Shown: positions 1 through 8,118, numbered from the stretch's first letter. The stretch: 32,000 nt of DNA from Candidatus Saccharimonadota bacterium (GCA_016699955.1 CP064993.1:390001-422000); one strand, 5' to 3'. Notes: generated from the sequence alone by a model not told the origin. Program-made: numbers and translations.

Positions 1-291
1 TGCTCCACTTTGATCCCAAATGCGCTTTCGTGGCTTAAGATAGAAGCGCAACTTTGCTAGTGCCCAGACCTCAGTCGGCTGGTCTCCGTGCCACGGTATT
101 GCTAAAAAACCGGTAAAAAGCGCGGGCGGTATAAACAGAATCAACAGAAATCCGACATTTTTTGTAACGGCAAAAAACGAGAGGTACATAAAAAATGCTG
201 AAATTGCCGCATAAATGAATTGCCTGAGCGTCAGTGGCCCGACTAGCGTGTCTTCCGATTCAATATCCTGTAAAACCTTATACGTCGCCAT
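1..291 (-). CDS. PrgI/TcpE-like small membrane protein of a Gram-positive-type T4SS (N-terminal 97 aa; C-terminus runs off the window)
   Basis: Absent from the ORF track because it is open at the window edge. Reverse complement from ATG 291..289 reads MATYKVLQDIESEDTLVGPLTLRQFIYAAISAFFMYLSFFAVTKNVGFLLILFIPPALFTGFLAIPWHGDQPTEVWALAKLRFYLKPRKRIWDQSGA. The YKV.QDIE.ED.L.GPLT.RQFIY start followed by a TM hairpin matches my memory of PrgI-family proteins. It lies downstream of a VirB6-like gene. Confidence 0.6.
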   Translation of the reverse strand, partial: MATYKVLQDIESEDTLVGPLTLRQFIYAAISAFFMYLSFFAVTKNVGFLLILFIPPALFTGFLAIPWHGDQPTEVWALAKLRFYLKPRKRIWDQSGA

Positions 292-389
292 ATTGGTTAT
301 AGTATACCTGAAAATCTCGCTTCCAGAGCTAATTTCCAGAGGCCTAGCCTCTTAGCCTCCAGGCCCCTGGGCCCCTTGGCGCATTCTTA

Positions 390-404
390 GTGGGAATTTT
401 CCGA
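390..404 (+). repeat. 15-mer GTGGGAATTTTCCGA, copy 1 of 3
   Basis: Exact reverse-complement copy at 4725..4739 and a 13-nt direct copy (GGGAATTTTCCGA) at 4475..4487. Sits in the 177-bp gap between the 1005-aa gene and the PrgI-like gene. Confidence 0.6.
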
Positions 405-468
405 AACTCTCACCTGTCAGAGCTCTGGCCTCTGAAGCCCTGTAGCCCATGGTTCTTGGAACAAACAA

Positions 469-3400
469 TTATGATGTCGGTTGTGGACCGGGTTGCCCAG
501 GGCCGGTCCCTTGCGGACCACCTGGCTGACCCACCATTTGACCTTGACGAGAGTCCCACTCTTTACGCCTATCCATGAATATTGGATCGGAAGATGCTCG
601 GAGCTGCTCTTCGCGTTGACGAATAGAAATAGTAGCTCCGGTATTTGGATCGGTGTATCCTGATGGTTGTGAGGCTAAGTAGTCTGCGAGCAGATCCTTG
701 TTCTCGCTATTGTAATAATTTACTGCTTCGCGGAAACTGGCGATATCGGCCATAATCTTCTTTTCCTCATCTTCGTCTATTGAGCCATCTGCACGTATTG
801 CGCCCTGGTACCGAGCCTGTAGGTGCTTCGCAACCCCTTCAATCGTCTCCTTGCGTGCTCCTGCTAAGGAGCTGAACTGCATTTGGGTAACGGCGGATTC
901 ATACATCTGGCTTGCATCGTTCATAGTTACGGCTCGTCCCTGTCCTCCGTTACTAGCTCGGAGCTCATGGAACTTCGTCAATAGATCACCGTGGCTAATG
1001 CTGCTAAATTCTTGCCGTTGAGCCTGCTTAATCGTGGCCGTCGCCTGTGCATCCGTCCAGAGGCCAGCCTGAACCATGTCCTCAACATCCTGCAGCATTT
1101 CACGCATTCCTGCTTCGCCCTCACCGTAGACAGTTTTAGATTGGACTTTTGATGCCCCAGCTACTCTTGTCATCGTGCCTGACCCTAATTGAGTTTTTAG
1201 CCCGGCCTCCAGCTCGGCTAAGGCTCGTAGGGCATCATCTCGGCTACGGGTTCTCCCTGCTGCAGTGGCTGAGCTAAGATAGGTACTAACAAAGTGCTCT
1301 TCCATCTCTCCTCGTGATTTCCCGACCCTACCTTGCGCGACACCCAAGCCTACATCATGAGCAGCCCTGAGGCCGAAGTCATCGTCTGTTGAATGGAGAA
1401 CGTCATTCTTTCTGGCTTCAGCAGCGGCTTGCTCTGACAGCGATGTACGTATTGCTTGTCGGCCGTGTTTTGATATCAGTCCCCTTATGCCCACGCCTGG
1501 GTCCCCCGCGGCACGTGCATATGCTGCAGTTTGTGCGACAATGCCTTCGCCACGGCGAGCCTGTGCATATTCGTTAAAGCGCTGCTTGCGGGAATTCTGA
1601 CGGAAGTTACTCATACGGTCGAAAACACCCTTACTTTTGTCATTGGCAAGCGAGAAAATGGTGCTCAGAAGTCCGCCGGCCAGTTTGAATCCTAGTGGTA
1701 GCAAGAAGTACGGGCCAAAGTAGAGGAGTAGTATAAACAGGTAGTTTCCTGCTTCTATGGCGGTAGCAACCCTAGCCATCACTTCGCCAGCGGCAAGTAG
1801 CCCCATGATAATGGGAAACATTACTAGCGAAGATATGAAGGTAGTCTTCCAAAAAGACCAAAGTTTTTGTGTTCCTGGCAGTACATAAGCAGCAATTGCC
1901 AGGGGAGCAAACAGAATACACAAGGCAATAATTACCCATCGAATAGCTAGTGTAATCAACCCCACGATAATTGCCAGCAGGAGTGTCCCCAGTAGACTCA
2001 AAGATGCCAGCGGACCCAGGAGGGATAAGTATAGAAGAAAGGCTGGTCCGCCTATAAACAGAGCGCCCCAGTTGAGCAAAACATTGGTACCCCCAGAATT
2101 GGCTAGAGGCATCCCATCGAAGGGGGCAATAATCAGCGACCTAGTCCATGAACCAATATCATTGAAAAAGCTTATGGCGAAATTTAGGATTGGCCAAGAG
2201 AGAGATATCCCTATCATTGCTATTGCCAGTCGAGGCATGAGTTTACGAATTGTATAGGCGTCAAGTATCTGAAGCCCTAGAGCCTGGCTAATTACCATGA
2301 CAAGCCCGGCTATAATTACTAGCGCCAGACCAATATTGCGGAAACTCGACCAAGCCTCTTTGAAGTCGGCGTTTTTTAGTGTCCCTGAGTTAAAGATAGC
2401 ATCGGTTGGGAAATAGAGTAGGCCCTGCAGCATATCCGCGACTTTTGTGGCCGCTTCCTGCATGAGTGTGGTCAATGGGCACGCAATCCAGTTAAGAGCA
2501 CTGTTACCATAGCCGCAGGCACTGTCTCCGGTGGAAGTGCTGCCTCCACCTATTCTTGTGGAACTGTCTGCAGCGTCCGGGTTGGCTGCTATGAAGTTGG
2601 CATATGCCTTTGCTAGGTCTCGCCCAGCGTTACCCGACATTTTTTCAACAAGCATTTTACACGACTGCTCAAACTGATCAGGTTGCCCAGGTATTAGGTC
2701 GTAGCCAGTTGTAATATCGCTTCCAAGGCCTCGACCTTGGCTCCAAATGTACTCAATGCCATCGAGGTCATAAAAGTGCACCAGCTCCTCTTCTACTATG
2801 CGCGCCTGCTGAAGCTCATTATTCGCATCGTAGCGTTCGAGTTTTTTTCCGTTGCAACCTGACGGAGATGTATAAGCATTGTTGTAAATATAAAACCTTG
2901 AATTGTCATTCAGGCGCGGTACATCACCATATTTTTCTTTGAATATGCGCCAGACACCATCCTTCACATCAGCGGTATTCAAAACAGCCCCAGGAGGGGG
3001 GAACTCATAGCTTGCATTCGCGGCTTTATAGTATTTAAAGGTAGTGATTCCATTTGTATCTTGTGGAGATAATTTTGTGTAACCAAGGTCTAACAAAACC
3101 TGCGTCGGGTCGCTGTAGCCAAGCTTACCCCAGGCCTGCGCCATCCAGGCACCATCACCGCAGGGCTTATTTTCGCCTATTACTAGCCCAGAACGGTTCG
3201 CGGCATTAGTGGCGGTTCCAAACTCCCAGTTTGCAGCCCTTGTGATGGTTATAGCGGACGAGAAACGACGCGCGCACGTGAAGTCATTATTATAGTTCAT
3301 GTAAGTGTAGGACTCGAACATGTAGGCCTGGTCAGGAATGGATAGCGCAGAGAAGTCCAAGGGAGCAGCTGCTACCTTCGTAGGCATTAGCAAGGACACT

Positions 3401-3486
3401 AACGAGGTTGCCGCCAGTACGAATGTAATAAAGTAAACTGAAAATCGTTTTATCATAGTAGTGCTTATGCCAATATTAAACACCAT
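469..3486 (-). CDS. Large polytopic membrane protein, candidate TrbL/VirB6-like T4SS channel subunit
   Basis: 1005-aa ORF. It has an N-terminal signal/TM (FITFVLAATSLVSLLMPTKVAAA), a roughly 340-aa Cys-containing ectodomain, a central block of about 6-7 hydrophobic helices (aa ~390-620) and a roughly 390-aa hydrophilic C-terminal domain ending in a Gly/Pro/Gln tail. Context is a PrgI-like gene downstream and pilin genes nearby. Alternative start at 3456 (MIKRF...). The function call rests on topology and context only. Confidence 0.6.
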   Translation of the reverse strand: MVFNIGISTTMIKRFSVYFITFVLAATSLVSLLMPTKVAAAPLDFSALSIPDQAYMFESYTYMNYNNDFTCARRFSSAITITRAANWEFGTATNAANRSGLVIGENKPCGDGAWMAQAWGKLGYSDPTQVLLDLGYTKLSPQDTNGITTFKYYKAANASYEFPPPGAVLNTADVKDGVWRIFKEKYGDVPRLNDNSRFYIYNNAYTSPSGCNGKKLERYDANNELQQARIVEEELVHFYDLDGIEYIWSQGRGLGSDITTGYDLIPGQPDQFEQSCKMLVEKMSGNAGRDLAKAYANFIAANPDAADSSTRIGGGSTSTGDSACGYGNSALNWIACPLTTLMQEAATKVADMLQGLLYFPTDAIFNSGTLKNADFKEAWSSFRNIGLALVIIAGLVMVISQALGLQILDAYTIRKLMPRLAIAMIGISLSWPILNFAISFFNDIGSWTRSLIIAPFDGMPLANSGGTNVLLNWGALFIGGPAFLLYLSLLGPLASLSLLGTLLLAIIVGLITLAIRWVIIALCILFAPLAIAAYVLPGTQKLWSFWKTTFISSLVMFPIIMGLLAAGEVMARVATAIEAGNYLFILLLYFGPYFLLPLGFKLAGGLLSTIFSLANDKSKGVFDRMSNFRQNSRKQRFNEYAQARRGEGIVAQTAAYARAAGDPGVGIRGLISKHGRQAIRTSLSEQAAAEARKNDVLHSTDDDFGLRAAHDVGLGVAQGRVGKSRGEMEEHFVSTYLSSATAAGRTRSRDDALRALAELEAGLKTQLGSGTMTRVAGASKVQSKTVYGEGEAGMREMLQDVEDMVQAGLWTDAQATATIKQAQRQEFSSISHGDLLTKFHELRASNGGQGRAVTMNDASQMYESAVTQMQFSSLAGARKETIEGVAKHLQARYQGAIRADGSIDEDEEKKIMADIASFREAVNYYNSENKDLLADYLASQPSGYTDPNTGATISIRQREEQLRASSDPIFMDRRKEWDSRQGQMVGQPGGPQGTGPGQPGPQPTS

Positions 3487-3565
3487 ATCTAAGCCTTATG
3501 GAAGACACGGATTGAACAAGGGCACCATTTCCTCGAGTATAAAGAGCCTGCCCGAGTTGTCTCTA

Positions 3566-4708
3566 TCAGCTTACTATGACCCAGCGCCCCATTACGACAG
3601 CCATCTTCATAGCATACTTAGTTTCGGTTGATGTAGAATTGATATTTTCTTTCCATGTCGTACTGCCGTGAGGGATACCAGTCTCAGCCATATTGTTAAC
3701 GCCGCTTCCTATAAAAGTACACGTAAATGCGGTTTTACCGAGCTGATTGCACTCCAGATTGGACATTGTCAGACTTGGGGGCTTGGTTGTATCCCCGTAA
3801 ACAGTACCCAAGACTTGTCTCTGAAAATTATTAGCAATTCTTTTTCTGAGGGCTTCGGCGAGGGGCTCGCCTTGTGCAGTTTGGAACGTTACGTTGAGCT
3901 GCGCTTCATTGGCTGTGCCATATTGGGCCTGCAAATAGGCAGGAACCACGGCATCGGCTATATTATCAGAAATGATTGCTTGGCTAAACTCCCCGTTTGG
4001 GCCATCTGGGGTATCGTTGATTGTCTGCCGATTTATATTTGCGCCAAGGCCTGCATTGTGTACGTCAACTTCCATTTGGTAACTAGCCGCGACAGCCTGT
4101 TCAGGGTTCGGGTTTTTCGAAAAAAGCACAGCAAAGAATTCCGGATCCAGAGGTTTGAATTTCCCGGGTATTCCCTCGATAGGCTCTAAGGGCAGTGGAT
4201 TGGGCGAAAATATAACTTTCTCAAGACTTCCAATTTTAACTTCTGGAATTTTAACTTCCAGAATTGGTGCAGCAGCAGTTGCTTCAGCTGAACCCGTTGC
4301 TCCGGGCTTGGCAGCAGCAGTTGCTTCAGCTGAACCCGTTGCTCCGGGCTCGGCAGATGCAGTTGCAGCTATTCCAGCTGTCGTGGCTTCGCCGTCGCTT
4401 TTGTGAGCAATAGCTAGGGCAAAGGATATTACGGCCACCGGCGCCACCGCTCCGGACGTCACCTTGACCCAGAAGGGAATTTTCCGATGTGTGGGCGTGG
4501 TCGCGCCAGTCTTAAGTGGGTCTTCTGGCGAAACTGGGTGTTCCGGAGCATGCGTAGGCTCAGGGGTTAACCGCGTACTAGTGTCTTCTGGTGCAGAGTA
4601 TGGTGGATTGACACCGGCTTTAGACTGGGGACTATGCTCGGCACTTGGTACTGGTGCACCTAAGCCAGTTTGTGGTCGGGACGGTCTGGTTTCTGGCGTA
4701 GCTGTCAT
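3566..4708 (-). CDS. Bitopic membrane protein with Pro-rich N-terminus, Ala/Thr/Gly repeat linker and C-terminal ectodomain (T4SS-associated, function unknown)
   Basis: 380-aa ORF with a GAAGG 12 nt upstream of the ATG and a single TM (VTSGAVAPVAVISFALAIA). Internal tandem repeats encode KPGATGSAEATAAA x2 and EVKIP x2. First gene of the minus-strand operon. A VirB8/TcpC-like role is speculation. Confidence 0.7.
   Translation of the reverse strand: MTATPETRPSRPQTGLGAPVPSAEHSPQSKAGVNPPYSAPEDTSTRLTPEPTHAPEHPVSPEDPLKTGATTPTHRKIPFWVKVTSGAVAPVAVISFALAIAHKSDGEATTAGIAATASAEPGATGSAEATAAAKPGATGSAEATAAAPILEVKIPEVKIGSLEKVIFSPNPLPLEPIEGIPGKFKPLDPEFFAVLFSKNPNPEQAVAASYQMEVDVHNAGLGANINRQTINDTPDGPNGEFSQAIISDNIADAVVPAYLQAQYGTANEAQLNVTFQTAQGEPLAEALRKRIANNFQRQVLGTVYGDTTKPPSLTMSNLECNQLGKTAFTCTFIGSGVNNMAETGIPHGSTTWKENINSTSTETKYAMKMAVVMGRWVIVS
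4232..4265. repeat. 15-bp tandem repeat x2.3 (AATTTTAACTTCYRG) inside the 380-aa CDS
   Basis: Units 4232..4246 and 4247..4261 plus a partial third. Encodes (L)EVKIPEVKI on the minus strand. Confidence 0.85.
4269..4352. repeat. 42-bp tandem repeat x2 (plus a degenerate third unit) inside the 380-aa CDS
   Basis: 4269..4310 and 4311..4352 differ at one base (GCAGCAGCAGTTGCTTCAGCTGAACCCGTTGCTCCGGGCT[T/C]G). In frame (14 codons per unit). Confidence 0.9.
4475..4487 (+). repeat. 13-mer GGGAATTTTCCGA, copy 2 of 3 (inside the 380-aa CDS)
   Basis: Identical to 392..404. Encodes ...RKIPF... on the minus strand. Confidence 0.5.
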
Positions 4709-4724
4709 CTGTAGCGCAACCTTC

Positions 4725-4739
4725 TCGGAAAATTCCCAC
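4725..4739 (-). repeat. 15-mer GTGGGAATTTTCCGA, copy 3 of 3 (inverted), 17-31 nt upstream of the 380-aa gene start
   Basis: Plus strand reads TCGGAAAATTCCCAC, the exact reverse complement of 390..404. Confidence 0.6.
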
Positions 4740-4771
4740 TAACAATGCGACAAAGCGGAGCTAACTAAAGA

Positions 4772-5751
4772 GCGACACCCGTATACTTTCGTTTAGGACT
4801 AACTAAACAAAGGAAGGAGTTTCGCTCATGCGTACACTAACACACTACGAAGTAGCTTGGAATATGTCCCGAGCTGGTTCAACCATGGAACAAATAACAA
4901 TCGTGGTCAGTAAGGACAGGGCTACCGTCTACCGCTGGCTGGCAAAGATTCGCCAGATTGGTATCCGTGAGTTCCACCGTCGCAAAGCAGCCTGCAAGGT
5001 GCGTCGCCCTAGGGCTCAGACTCCCGAATATGTCATCCAGAAGATTGTCGACATTCGTAACGAGTTTGGTTGGTGTGGAGCCAAGATACGTAAAGAGCTC
5101 AAAGAAAACCATGGTATTAGCCTAGCCCTCTCGACCGTATACCGGTACCTCCACAGACGTTTTACCAAAGCTGCTATTAGTGTGCAGCGCTACAAGAAGC
5201 ACAAAGCCCTAGTGACGGCTCACGCACCGCGTGAGGTGGTCGAGCATGACACCGTCGATCTCGGTGGTGGCGTCTACGCCTACACCGCCATTGACATATT
5301 TTCCAAGGAGCCCAGCGTCTACATCGGTAATAACCTAGAGATGGCCACTGGTGCCACTGCCTTTACCAAGCACCACCAGTTCTATGGTCGCACCCTACTG
5401 CACCAGTCTGACGGCGGTAGCGAATTTCAGACGACCTTTCGTGAGGCCGTCGAGGCTGTCGCAGAACACCGCTACAGCCGACCCTACAAGAAAAACGAAC
5501 AATCGCACATTGAGAACTTTAACAAATCACTGAGAAGCGAGTGTTTTCCTCGGGGTGACTACCAACAATCTGACATACCAAAGCTCCAGAAACAGGCCGA
5601 CAAGTACGCCGAACATTACATGAACCGGCGCTGGCACATGGGCTTACCAGACCTCATGACCCCAGCCCAGTTTCAGCGCTACTACGCAGAAAGCCCAGAG
5701 ACTGCTACACTGGAATTAGCGAAAGTATTACGAAAGTCGCGTTTGGGGTGA
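4772..5751 (+). mobile_element. Insertion sequence (IS481/IS3-superfamily-like); boundaries uncertain
   Basis: Single rve/DDE transposase gene wedged between the divergent T4SS and pilin operons. The candidate imperfect terminal inverted repeat is GCGACACCCGTATACTTTCG (4772..4791) against the reverse complement of CGAAAGTATTACGAAAGTCGC (5720..5740), matching at roughly 15 of 21 positions. I found no clear target-site duplication. Confidence 0.45.
4828..5751 (+). CDS. DDE (rve integrase-core) transposase with N-terminal HTH
   Basis: 307 aa with AGGAAGGAG upstream of the ATG. N-terminal HTH-like segments (ITIVVSKDRATVYRWL; ISLALSTVYRYL). The catalytic triad pattern is read as VEHDTVDL ... HQSDGGSEF ... 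NEQSHIENFNKSLRSE (D, D, E with downstream K/R). Confidence 0.85.
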   Translation: MRTLTHYEVAWNMSRAGSTMEQITIVVSKDRATVYRWLAKIRQIGIREFHRRKAACKVRRPRAQTPEYVIQKIVDIRNEFGWCGAKIRKELKENHGISLALSTVYRYLHRRFTKAAISVQRYKKHKALVTAHAPREVVEHDTVDLGGGVYAYTAIDIFSKEPSVYIGNNLEMATGATAFTKHHQFYGRTLLHQSDGGSEFQTTFREAVEAVAEHRYSRPYKKNEQSHIENFNKSLRSECFPRGDYQQSDIPKLQKQADKYAEHYMNRRWHMGLPDLMTPAQFQRYYAESPETATLELAKVLRKSRLG

Positions 5752-5782
5752 GATTTTACGTTCTTCTTTACAATCAAGTAAA

Positions 5783-5791
5783 TGGTATAAA
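5783..5791 (+). promoter_or_regulatory. Extended -10 element TGGTATAAA, candidate pilin-operon promoter
   Basis: TGnTATAAA motif. The same 9-mer recurs at 8119..8127 upstream of the last pilin gene. No good -35. Confidence 0.35.
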
Positions 5792-5865
5792 ATACGGAGA
5801 ACAATTTAATACTAGCATATATACTAGTGGCTGTCAAATCCAACGTAGCAACTCACCACCTTTGC

Positions 5866-5914
5866 AACCTAAAAGGTAGGCATCCTAAAATGTAGGGCAG
5901 CTACTTTTTAGGTT
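5866..5914. promoter_or_regulatory. Three operator-like sites CCTAAAAnGTAG(G), two direct and one inverted, also foldable as a 14-bp stem
   Basis: CCTAAAAGGTAGG 5868..5880 and CCTAAAATGTAGG 5884..5896, plus the reverse complement of CTACTTTTTAGG at 5901..5912. AACCTAAAAGGTAG (5866..5879) pairs with CTACTTTTTAGGTT (5901..5914) at 13 of 14 positions. Lies 30-110 nt upstream of the first pilin gene. Confidence 0.3.
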
Positions 5915-5944
5915 CAAGGGTAGTCGAGCTACGGGACAAAGGTT

Positions 5945-6916
5945 GTGCTAGGGACGGCAAGACGGTATAGTGTAAAAATGAAGTACATGTGGCATAACAA
6001 ATGGCACAAACTCGCCTGGTTTTCTTTTTTGCTTTTCTCTCTGGCGCTAATGGCTGTCCCTAGTTTGGTCGCGGCCCAAGCAGTAGAAGGCGCTCCTTGT
6101 GGGCAGACAGGCTGGACGTACTTTCAGGGTGCGTGTATGAGCCCAACCGACGCTAGGCGAACTGCACCGGCTGCGCCTGCCGGTCCTACGGGTACAACTA
6201 GTATTCGTTCAATCGGCTCTACTTGCCCCACTGGACAGTCACTAATGGGTGACAACAAAACGTGTTGCCCAGATGGTTCCCAGGATGATTCGAAAAAATG
6301 TTTGTATGCTAAATATATAAATCCCATAATTAAGATTCTCACTTTTACCGCGGGGATTGCGGCAATAATTGGAATTATTATAGGGGGCATTCAATACTCT
6401 GCTTCTAGCGGTGATCCCCAAAAGACGGCCGCCGGTAAGGGAAAAATAATAAAAGCTTTATACGGGTTCATTGCGTTTCTGTTTTTGTACTCAGCACTGC
6501 AGTTCTTATCGCCTGGAGGAATATCTAGTAACACCGCCCCGGTAGGTGGGACGGCTAGTGCAGCAACGTGTGGCAAAAAGTTTCTGGGGCTTAAACCGTG
6601 GTTTGCGTATCTACAAGACGATAATTTTGACCCTGACTGTAACATAAATAATAAGTTTCAGCTCCTGGGAGACGGTAAAAATAGCGGTATACTACCCGTT
6701 TCGCTTGCCATAGCCGATGCGCTAGTACGAATAGCCGGATTTGTCGCGGTTGTATTTGTGATAATGGGTGGGATATATTTTATAACAAGTAATGGTGAAC
6801 CTGACAGGGCAAAACGAGGGCGTGAGACTATTTTCGGTGCGTTAATTGGGCTAGTTGTCGCGATTGTTGCGGCCGCTGTAGTATCATTCATAGGGAGTAA
6901 ACTAAGCGCGCCATGA
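5945..6916 (+). CDS. Two-module VirB2/TrbC-like T4SS pilin-family protein (tandem pilin fusion) with signal peptide and Cys-rich N-domain
   Basis: The track ORF starts at GTG 5945; ATG 5978 (MKYMWHNKWHKLAWFSFLLFSLALMAVPSLVAAQA) is the more likely start. Two copies of the TM-GG(I)xYxxSxG(D/E)P-x-K/R-TM hairpin are present: ...IIGGIQYSASSGDPQKTAAGKGKIIKALYGFIAF... and ...IMGGIYFITSNGEPDRAKRGRETIFGALIGLVVAI... Confidence 0.75.
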   Translation: MLGTARRYSVKMKYMWHNKWHKLAWFSFLLFSLALMAVPSLVAAQAVEGAPCGQTGWTYFQGACMSPTDARRTAPAAPAGPTGTTSIRSIGSTCPTGQSLMGDNKTCCPDGSQDDSKKCLYAKYINPIIKILTFTAGIAAIIGIIIGGIQYSASSGDPQKTAAGKGKIIKALYGFIAFLFLYSALQFLSPGGISSNTAPVGGTASAATCGKKFLGLKPWFAYLQDDNFDPDCNINNKFQLLGDGKNSGILPVSLAIADALVRIAGFVAVVFVIMGGIYFITSNGEPDRAKRGRETIFGALIGLVVAIVAAAVVSFIGSKLSAP

Positions 6917-7221
6917 TGAGTTATATTTACACGTTTTTTGCTGCTTCGGGGGACTTGCTGAATGTCACCACGTTGCCCAATAGTAAGAGTGTAGATGCGC
7001 CGAGTGATATGCTCAGCACGGTGTTGACTATTACGTTCGCTACAATTGGCGCTGTTTCTTTGCTCATGATTGTCATAAGTGGCTTTCGTTATATTCTCGC
7101 CGCTGGAGACCCAGGCAAAATGGCGCAAGCAAAACAGGCAATATTATACGCTCTGATTGGTCTTGTTGTTGCGTTATCTGCATTTAGTATTGTGACATTT
7201 GTCGTAAAAGGTGCCTCATAA
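6913..7221 (+). CDS. VirB2/TrbC-like T4SS pilin-family protein (paralog 2)
   Basis: 102 aa with an ATGA start/stop overlap with the previous gene. Motif ...LLMIVISGFRYILAAGDPGKMAQAKQAILYALIGLVVALSAF... Confidence 0.75.
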   Translation: MMSYIYTFFAASGDLLNVTTLPNSKSVDAPSDMLSTVLTITFATIGAVSLLMIVISGFRYILAAGDPGKMAQAKQAILYALIGLVVALSAFSIVTFVVKGAS

Positions 7222-7613
7222 TGAAGCAAGCCATACGTTTTGGGCTTACGCTCTGTTTGCTATTGACAATGGGTCTTGCGTCGACAGTGCCAGTTGCCTA
7301 TGCCGCTGACCCACTGGCAGATGTTTGCGATACGGCTCCCGACTCGCCAACATGTAAAAGTAGGACAACCGAGAATCCGCTAACGGGGACAGATGGGATA
7401 CTGTATAATGTCGCGGAGATAGTTGCGGTGGTAGCTGGCATTGGAGCCATCATCATTATACTTATCAGTGGCTTTCGTTACATTACCTCAGGCGGTGACA
7501 CACAAAAAGTGACGAGTGCAAAACACACGCTTGTGGGGGCAATTATTGGACTTGTCATTATTGTGCTGGCGCAAACAATCATAACTTACGTAATAAAAAG
7601 GATAGGCACGTGA
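7221..7613 (+). CDS. VirB2/TrbC-like T4SS pilin-family protein (paralog 3)
   Basis: 130 aa with signal peptide (LLLTMGLASTVPVAYA). Motif ...ILISGFRYITSGGDTQKVTSAKHTLVGAIIGLVIIVLAQ... Start abuts the previous stop (TAATG). Confidence 0.8.
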   Translation: MKQAIRFGLTLCLLLTMGLASTVPVAYAADPLADVCDTAPDSPTCKSRTTENPLTGTDGILYNVAEIVAVVAGIGAIIIILISGFRYITSGGDTQKVTSAKHTLVGAIIGLVIIVLAQTIITYVIKRIGT

Positions 7614-8098
7614 AACATTCTACGTACAGACTTGGCATTTTTACTGTGCTTATTAGCGGGATGACCCTTCTGAGCGTTTTAGCGTTGTTCCCTCGCGCTG
7701 CTCACGCCCAGGCGGCTTTGAGCCCAAACCAGCAGGCTGTGTGTGAGGCTATCGGTAGTGGCGCTGGCTGTGATCAAGATGCGGGCGGAGGAACCAAGAT
7801 AGATTCGGTCGTATCGACTGTTATTACTATATTCACGGCAGTTATAGGTATTGTGGCGGTTATTATGATTATTGTGGCCGGTTTTAAATACATTACATCA
7901 GGGGGCGACAGTAGCAAGCTTACGAGTGCCAAAAATACATTGGTATACGCTCTGATTGGGCTGGTGATAGTAGCTCTTGCTCAGGGTATTGTAAAATTTG
8001 TGCTCAATCGAGCAACTCGAACCGTTCCGACCTGCTCGAGTAATCAGGTAGTAGACGATAAAACAAATACATGCGTAACGAAGCCCAAGAAGTCGTAG
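7610..8098 (+). CDS. VirB2/TrbC-like T4SS pilin-family protein (paralog 4)
   Basis: 162 aa with a GTGA overlap with the previous gene and a signal peptide ending AAHAQA. Motif ...IIVAGFKYITSGGDSSKLTSAKNTLVYALIGLVIVALAQ... Confidence 0.8.
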   Translation: MKHSTYRLGIFTVLISGMTLLSVLALFPRAAHAQAALSPNQQAVCEAIGSGAGCDQDAGGGTKIDSVVSTVITIFTAVIGIVAVIMIIVAGFKYITSGGDSSKLTSAKNTLVYALIGLVIVALAQGIVKFVLNRATRTVPTCSSNQVVDDKTNTCVTKPKKS

Positions 8099-8118
8099 TT
8101 GAATTGCACGCCCTAGAG

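Noticed and set aside
3668-4742. Three plus-strand ORFs (3668..4189, 4155..4406, 4464..4742) antisense to the 380-aa gene
   Set aside because: These are shadow ORFs in a GC- and repeat-rich CDS. Their products are low-complexity, and the minus-strand frame has the RBS, the TM helix and operon context.
6124-7128. Minus-strand ORFs (6124..6390, 6391..6645, 6658..7128) opposite the pilin genes
   Set aside because: They are antisense to genes with a clear repeated family motif and coupled starts. No independent support.
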